Part shown: one piece after another, positions 27,184 to 32,000 of the stretch
How the letters are laid out: every line of letters starts with the position of its first letter
Position numbering within the stretch: the first letter of the stretch is position 1
Assembly (NCBI RefSeq): GCF_018336915.1
Contig: NZ_CP064923.1
Location: 150,001-182,000, forward strand
Reading direction: 5' to 3'
Source: Acaryochloris marina S15
Lineage (GTDB): Bacteria > Cyanobacteriota > Cyanobacteriia > Thermosynechococcales > Thermosynechococcaceae
Length of the DNA: 32,000 nt
Made by a program: the position numbers and the translations under genes
Notes under the pieces: model-generated
Database searches by the model: none
Seen by the model: only the letters and a program-made list of their open reading frames with translations
What the model was told of the DNA's origin: nothing

Positions 27184-28881
27184 ATCGAAACGATTTACGG
27201 CAATCTCAAAGGCTTAAAGTCTAGTCAAATCAAGCAGCTGCGGCGCCTCTACCACCAGCGGCTTCCAAGTGATCGGATCACGACGTCTGACTTTGCCCAG
27301 CGATTGGCTGCCATCAGTACGGATATTCATCAACCCATTAGCACTTATCTCAACCGTCGTGGCCAGGTGATTCGGGTGGGGGTCGGGTCGCCCCGTCAAA
27401 CCCAAATCCCCCCCTTAGAATTGCCTCGATATGGTGCAGACCGCTTGAGTGGTATACGCTGTGTCGCTACGACTCTCAAGCAAGATGTTCCCAAGGAATC
27501 TGCGTTAACAGCGATGGCCTTACAGCGCTTAGATGCGTTGGCGGTGCTCACGATGACTGGATCGGGCTTTGAGCGTCGAGGCGGTGGGGCTACGGGATAT
27601 GTGAGATCGACCTACCTTGCCCATTTGGTTCCCGATCCAACGACTCCTTGGACCATTTCTTCTCCCTTGAGTCTTGAACAACTGGCTCAACAGGATTTGA
27701 TGGATCTGGTTGAAGCCTTAGAGTCTGAGTTTGGGCGGTCTCTTCCCACAGGTTCCTCCGATTCATCAGCAACATCTGAACAGGTTTTGATGGTTGGGGT
27801 CACGCCTCAAAATATCTCTCAGCAAGAGATGAAGGCGAATTTGGCAGAAGTAGCACTATTGGTCGAAAGTGCTGGAGGCGTGGTGGTAGAGACGATTCAC
27901 CAGAAGCGATCGCATCCCCATCCTCAAACCGTAGTGGGTGCAGGTAAAGTCAAGGAAATAGCTCTCAGGGCCCAGACTTTAGGTATAACCCTGATTGTCT
28001 TCAATCGGGATCTCTCTCCTTCCCAGGTGCGCAATCTAGAGACCCAAATTGGCATTCGTGTCGTCGATCGTACTGAAGTTATTTTAGATATTTTTGCTCA
28101 GCGGGCTCAGTCCCAGGCTGGAAAATTGCAGGTGGAACTTGCGCAGTTGGAGTATATGCTGCCTCGATTGGCGGGGCGAGGGCAGGCCATGTCTCGCCTG
28201 GGAGGCGGAATTGGTACCCGAGGACCGGGAGAAACCAAGCTAGAAACGGAACGCCGAGCGATTCAGCGCCGAATCAATACGTTGCAACAGGCAGTTAATC
28301 AGTTACAGGCCCATCGCTCTCGTCTGCGTCAACGTCGTCAGCATCAGCGGGTACCCTCGGTGGCGGTGGTGGGCTATACCAATGCAGGTAAATCGACCTT
28401 ACTGAACGTGTTGACCAATGCCGAAGCCTATACAGCAGATCAGCTGTTCGCCACCTTAGATCCCACGACCCGTCGCCTCAGCATTCCAGATCCTGAAACT
28501 CACCAGATTCGCAGTCTGGTCTTAACGGATACTGTGGGATTTATCCATAATCTACCTCCACCGTTGATGGATGCTTTTCGAGCGACTTTGGAAGAGGTGA
28601 CGGATGCCGATGCTTTACTGCATGTCGTTGATCTGTCCCATCCCGATTGGGAAAATCATCTGCGTTCGGTGATAGATCTGCTAGCAACCATGCCCATTAC
28701 ACCGGGGCCAGGAGTGATTGCCTTTAACAAAATGGATCAAGTTAGTAGTGAAGCCCTGGCCCTGGCCCGAGATCAGTTTCCACAGGCGGTCTTTATTTCG
28801 GCACAGGAACGTTTGGGCTTGAATACGCTCCGACAGAAAGTGTTGGAATTAATTGACTATGCAGCCATGCCAATGGCTTAG
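27184..28881 (+). CDS. hflX: GTPase HflX (start codon uncertain: ATC 27184 proposed; first canonical start is TTG 27304)
   Basis: GTPase motifs are G1 GYTNAGKST, G3 DTVGF and G4 NKMD, and the HflX N-domain is present. The frame is open from 27151 and encodes the HflX-like N-terminus (L)IETIYGNLKGLKSSQIKQLRRLYHQRLP. It contains no ATG, GTG or TTG before 27304. Confidence 0.85.
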   Translation: METIYGNLKGLKSSQIKQLRRLYHQRLPSDRITTSDFAQRLAAISTDIHQPISTYLNRRGQVIRVGVGSPRQTQIPPLELPRYGADRLSGIRCVATTLKQDVPKESALTAMALQRLDALAVLTMTGSGFERRGGGATGYVRSTYLAHLVPDPTTPWTISSPLSLEQLAQQDLMDLVEALESEFGRSLPTGSSDSSATSEQVLMVGVTPQNISQQEMKANLAEVALLVESAGGVVVETIHQKRSHPHPQTVVGAGKVKEIALRAQTLGITLIVFNRDLSPSQVRNLETQIGIRVVDRTEVILDIFAQRAQSQAGKLQVELAQLEYMLPRLAGRGQAMSRLGGGIGTRGPGETKLETERRAIQRRINTLQQAVNQLQAHRSRLRQRRQHQRVPSVAVVGYTNAGKSTLLNVLTNAEAYTADQLFATLDPTTRRLSIPDPETHQIRSLVLTDTVGFIHNLPPPLMDAFRATLEEVTDADALLHVVDLSHPDWENHLRSVIDLLATMPITPGPGVIAFNKMDQVSSEALALARDQFPQAVFISAQERLGLNTLRQKVLELIDYAAMPMA

Positions 28882-29010
28882 TATAGGCCTCTGCTCCAAT
28901 GATTCAACTTGCGTGATCCGCATCACTCTCCTCATGATCTGAGATCACTGAATTATGACTATGTTGACTGGAAACTAAGTTCAGTAATCACAAATGTCAG
29001 GGAGCAGACT

Positions 29011-29175
29011 ATGTGGATGCAACGCGCCCGTTTTCAGGAAGACCCAGAGCAACCTCAAGTTCAGGCAGAGTGGACCCTTGTTGATGGGCAGCTCGTTTGT
29101 CAATGGCAGCCTCTTACGGCTGTTGCAGAAGTGGAGCAGATTCGTGCCTTGCCGAAACGACACAAAGCCGCTTAA
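29011..29175 (+). CDS. Hypothetical small protein (doubtful)
   Basis: Open frame 28909-29175, with the first ATG at 29011 (MWMQRARFQEDPEQ...). No motifs recognised. Confidence 0.3.
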   Translation: MWMQRARFQEDPEQPQVQAEWTLVDGQLVCQWQPLTAVAEVEQIRALPKRHKAA

Positions 29176-29249
29176 CTCACGTAGGATTTGAATGATGAGG
29201 AGTGCCTAACATCTGCTCATCGTTCAATCTCAAGTTGGAGTCTAGATAG

Positions 29250-29441
29250 ATGATTCAGCTGACTATTTCTGATATGGCCTGTGGGGCTTGCGTTGAGAGA
29301 ATCGAAGCTGCGATCGCAGCGTTAGATACACAAGCTACGATTAAAACTAACCTGGATAATAAGCAAGTTCAAGTAACATCCCAGCATTCAGATGCAGAAA
29401 TTCGGCAGGCGATTTCCGCTGCAGGCTACACCCCCACCTAG
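29250..29441 (+). CDS. Heavy-metal-associated (HMA) domain metallochaperone (CopZ/Atx1-like)
   Basis: 63 aa. The metal-binding motif is M-x-C-x-x-C (DMACGAC), with a length and pattern typical of the beta-alpha-beta-beta-alpha-beta fold. Confidence 0.8.
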   Translation: MIQLTISDMACGACVERIEAAIAALDTQATIKTNLDNKQVQVTSQHSDAEIRQAISAAGYTPT

Positions 29442-29446
29442 TCTGT

Positions 29447-30139
29447 CTAGTCTTTATCTTGCCCGATGGGTTGTTTAGATAAAGATGTTGAGGCAGGCGG
29501 TTGCCAAATCACCGATAAATTATTGGCGGGCATTGCCACAGTTTTTTTCAGGCTCAGACCATTTTGAGCTGCAAGATGGTTGACCTCTTCCAGTGTCCGA
29601 ATCCCCCACTTGGGATTACGGTTTCTCAGAGACTGATCAAAGGCTAGATTGCTGGGAGCTGTAGGCTGGTCTGCTTGGATAAATGGTCCATAGAGATACA
29701 ACAGTCCTTGGGGAGAAAGGAGGCGAGCAGATCCTGCCATTAATCCCTCTGTGGCTTGCCAAGGAGCAATATGAATCATATTGATATTGATGATGGCTAC
29801 TATCTCAGACCGCTCTAACCCATAGTGATCCAACGCCTGGACGACTATCTCAGACCAATTGGGTTGGCAGATGTCTACGGCAATCGGCTGATAAAGATTG
29901 GCAGCATCAGTTTGGTGTCGCCAAGCCGAAATACTGGTGAGTTGGGGATGAGTCTGATCGCTAGGCAACCATCCTAGATGGGGCAACTGTGAGGCAAAAA
30001 AAGCAGCATGTTCCCCTGTTCCACTCGCAATTTCTAGAACAATCCCTTGTTGGGGTAACTCTTGTTTAAGAACGGTCAAGATGGGCTGACAGTTGCGCTG
30101 GAAAGCAGCAGCGTATTGTCGTTGATCAACATTGGACAT
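29447..30139 (-). CDS. DUF938-family class I SAM-dependent methyltransferase
   Basis: The motifs are RN.QPIL, VLEIASGTGEH, NMIHIAPW, LYLYGPF, TAPSN.AFD.SLR.RNP.WG and MPANNL, matching the DUF938 pattern as I recall it. Confidence 0.75.
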   Translation of the reverse strand: MSNVDQRQYAAAFQRNCQPILTVLKQELPQQGIVLEIASGTGEHAAFFASQLPHLGWLPSDQTHPQLTSISAWRHQTDAANLYQPIAVDICQPNWSEIVVQALDHYGLERSEIVAIININMIHIAPWQATEGLMAGSARLLSPQGLLYLYGPFIQADQPTAPSNLAFDQSLRNRNPKWGIRTLEEVNHLAAQNGLSLKKTVAMPANNLSVIWQPPASTSLSKQPIGQDKD

Positions 30140-30371
30140 AGCTTTGGGCTGCCTTGGGCACTTTAGATCAATTCTCTACGTCTTCAGTTTTACATCCAGG
30201 CTGCAATACTACTTGTGTATCGCCCCTGCATTAACCCAGCTCTTAAATTGTCACAATTTCAACCAAGTCACATGATGTTGGCTGTTACGATATGCTAAAA
30301 GACAAGATTTTGTTAAGTATTATTTACTAGTCTTCTTTTTGTTCACCCTCAAGTCTTGGTTTAAACTACCC

Positions 30372-30941
30372 ATGTCAAACCTAAAAAACTCCATTAGGCG
30401 TTTCGCCAGTATCGCCCTTTGTGCAGGTTCTCTAGCAGTTGGAGTTCCTTTAATCAGTGAGGCACAAACAAACCCTGGATTTAGTTTTGTATGGGGTGAT
30501 GGCCCTTCCCAAAAACAGCAGTTGGGCTATGTTTTGAGCTATGGCACCCCAAAACATTTGAGCGATCGATGGCGGCTCAAAATCAAGCGCCAGAGTGTGG
30601 CGATTGATCGAATCAACATTACCTATCCAGACTACTTTGATGGCAAATTCAAAGAAAAAAAGATTGAACTTCGCCATGCCCCTAAAAGTCGATTGTTTAA
30701 CCTCAAGAAGGGCAAAAATATTCCTGTGGATTCTGTCACTGTCGATCCAGATAGTGGTGTCATTGAAATCATTCCTACGGAAGTCATTCCAGCTGATACT
30801 GCCATAGAAGTTGTCGCTTCAAATGTCAGGAATCCTAAATCCGGTGGAACCTACTTTTTCAACTGCCGGATTTCCTCCCCTGGAGATGTCGGTTTAATGA
30901 AGCCAGTGGGTACCTGGATTATCTCTATTTATCGCAATTAA
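30372..30941 (+). CDS. DUF2808-like secreted protein (cyanobacterial)
   Basis: ATG 30372 gives the signal peptide MSNLKNSIRRFASIALCAGSLAVGVPLISEA. The C-terminal NVRNPKSGGTYFFNCRISSPG resembles the DUF2808 signature. The family call is from memory. Confidence 0.6.
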   Translation: MSNLKNSIRRFASIALCAGSLAVGVPLISEAQTNPGFSFVWGDGPSQKQQLGYVLSYGTPKHLSDRWRLKIKRQSVAIDRINITYPDYFDGKFKEKKIELRHAPKSRLFNLKKGKNIPVDSVTVDPDSGVIEIIPTEVIPADTAIEVVASNVRNPKSGGTYFFNCRISSPGDVGLMKPVGTWIISIYRN

Positions 30942-30978
30942 TTTCAGGTATTAGTTAACCTAGCTGAGCTATCTCTCT

Positions 30979-31026
30979 CCCCTTTCCATTGCAATGTAGA
31001 TATTGTGAGGAAAGGGGTTATTTATG
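30979..31026 (+). terminator. Terminator candidate after the DUF2808-like gene
   Basis: 9-bp stem CCCCTTTCC (30979-30987) / GGAAAGGGG (31009-31017), followed by TTATTTATGCTTTC. The loop is long (21 nt). Confidence 0.45.
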
Positions 31027-31191
31027 CTTTCAAAAATTGTGACGATTCTTTAACTGTCCTTGCCTATCGTCACAGGCCTACAATCTCTATATACAGTTAT
31101 GAAATACCAAGAAAATCCGTTTTGTGGTCAAATGAGTTTTCTTGCTAAGTATTTAGCGTTTTTTAGTTAGATTCTGGCCTGAGATACTGCT

Positions 31192-31905
31192 GTGTCACCA
31201 TCAGCAAATATTGCATCCATAACATCTTCCATTTCGCATCCCTTTACTTCATTTATCTATTTCTTTGGCCGTTCGGTTGTTTTGCCTGCTTATTTCAGCA
31301 GCGTCAAAGTCTCGGGTTTAGAAAATTTTCCTCAAGAAGGACCTGTTGTCATTGCACCTACGCATCGTTCTCGATGGGATGGCATCATGGTTGGTTATAC
31401 TTTTGGTCGACCCGTGATTGGCCGAGACCCCCGCTTCATGGTCACAGTCAATGAAATGAACGGTTTTCAGGGGTGGTTTATTCGTCAGTTTGGTGGATTT
31501 CCCATTGATCCAGATCAACCTTCCATTGCTGCACTGCGGCATGGGATTGACTTATTACAATCCCATCAAGTGCTCGTCATTTTCCCTGAGGGAGACGTCA
31601 TGCGGGATCGCTACGTCCAATACCTCAAGCCTGGGTTTGCTCGCCTGGCCATTCAAGCTCAAAAAAAACAAAAAACTGGCCCAGTTATTAAAATCTTGCC
31701 TGTAGCCCTTGACTACGGATGTTCAATTCCTAAACAAGGCTGCGAGGTCCATGTCAAAATTGGCTTTCCCCTCAATGCTACTGACTACCCAGGGCCAACT
31801 AAAAAAGCGGCAGCAAGCCTTAGCAGCGACTTAAAAGTTGCCCTTAATGGCCTAATTGAAAATTCCGTTCTCAACCCAGAGGTTACAACGTCTGTATCGT
31901 TATAA
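31192..31905 (+). CDS. Lysophospholipid (1-acyl-sn-glycerol-3-phosphate) acyltransferase family protein
   Basis: GTG start. The acyltransferase HX4D motif lies in APTHRSRWDG, and an FPEG motif is present. Confidence 0.8.
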   Translation: MSPSANIASITSSISHPFTSFIYFFGRSVVLPAYFSSVKVSGLENFPQEGPVVIAPTHRSRWDGIMVGYTFGRPVIGRDPRFMVTVNEMNGFQGWFIRQFGGFPIDPDQPSIAALRHGIDLLQSHQVLVIFPEGDVMRDRYVQYLKPGFARLAIQAQKKQKTGPVIKILPVALDYGCSIPKQGCEVHVKIGFPLNATDYPGPTKKAAASLSSDLKVALNGLIENSVLNPEVTTSVSL

Positions 31906-31909
31906 ATAA

Positions 31910-31950
31910 CTGGCCTAGGCAAAGTATATAGATGACTCAGCCTAGGCCAG
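31910..31950 (+). terminator. Hairpin after the acyltransferase gene (possible terminator)
   Basis: 11-bp perfect stem CTGGCCTAGGC (31910-31920) / GCCTAGGCCAG (31940-31950) with a 19-nt loop. There is no T-run after it. Confidence 0.3.
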
Positions 31951-32000
31951 GCTATCTGAAACTTAACGTGCAACCGTTACTTTACGTCTCTCTGCATAAT

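Overview
This looks like a chromosomal segment of a cyanobacterium. The HIP1 octamer GCGATCGC occurs at least 12 times by eye, and COP23, Ycf36/DUF1230 and DUF2808 genes are present. I support about 31 protein-coding genes and found no rRNA, tRNA or CRISPR array. The left third (216-9552) is an iron-acquisition neighbourhood. It holds dps, exbD-exbB on the minus strand, and a divergent tonB-like gene. Next comes a FecCD-type ABC importer (permease, ATPase, lipoprotein binding protein, with overlapping start and stop codons). The neighbourhood ends with an imelysin-like (IrpA-type) gene translationally coupled to a DUF1111 di-haem c-type protein. A Crp/Fnr regulator follows. Its stop codon has been replaced by insertion of an intact 1432-bp IS element with 23-bp inverted repeats and a 9-bp target duplication GCCCTGGGT. 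The remainder is mostly housekeeping (rpsB-tsf, rsmE, glmM, mrdA/PBP2, hflX, an acyltransferase) mixed with secreted or cyanobacteria-specific proteins and hypotheticals. These include a trypsin-like protease, COP23, a four-module SH3b protein and DUF2808. I cannot defend a wholly new multi-gene system here. The points most worth a second look are: (1) the atypical TonB-like protein with a Pro/Ala tandem-repeat tail; (2) the coupled imelysin/di-haem pair; (3) Fur-box-like operators; (4) the IS insertion on a stop codon; (5) an hflX gene with no canonical start codon where its conserved N-terminus begins; (6) oppositely charged tails on S2 and EF-Ts. All family assignments come from motif recognition by eye, not from database searches.
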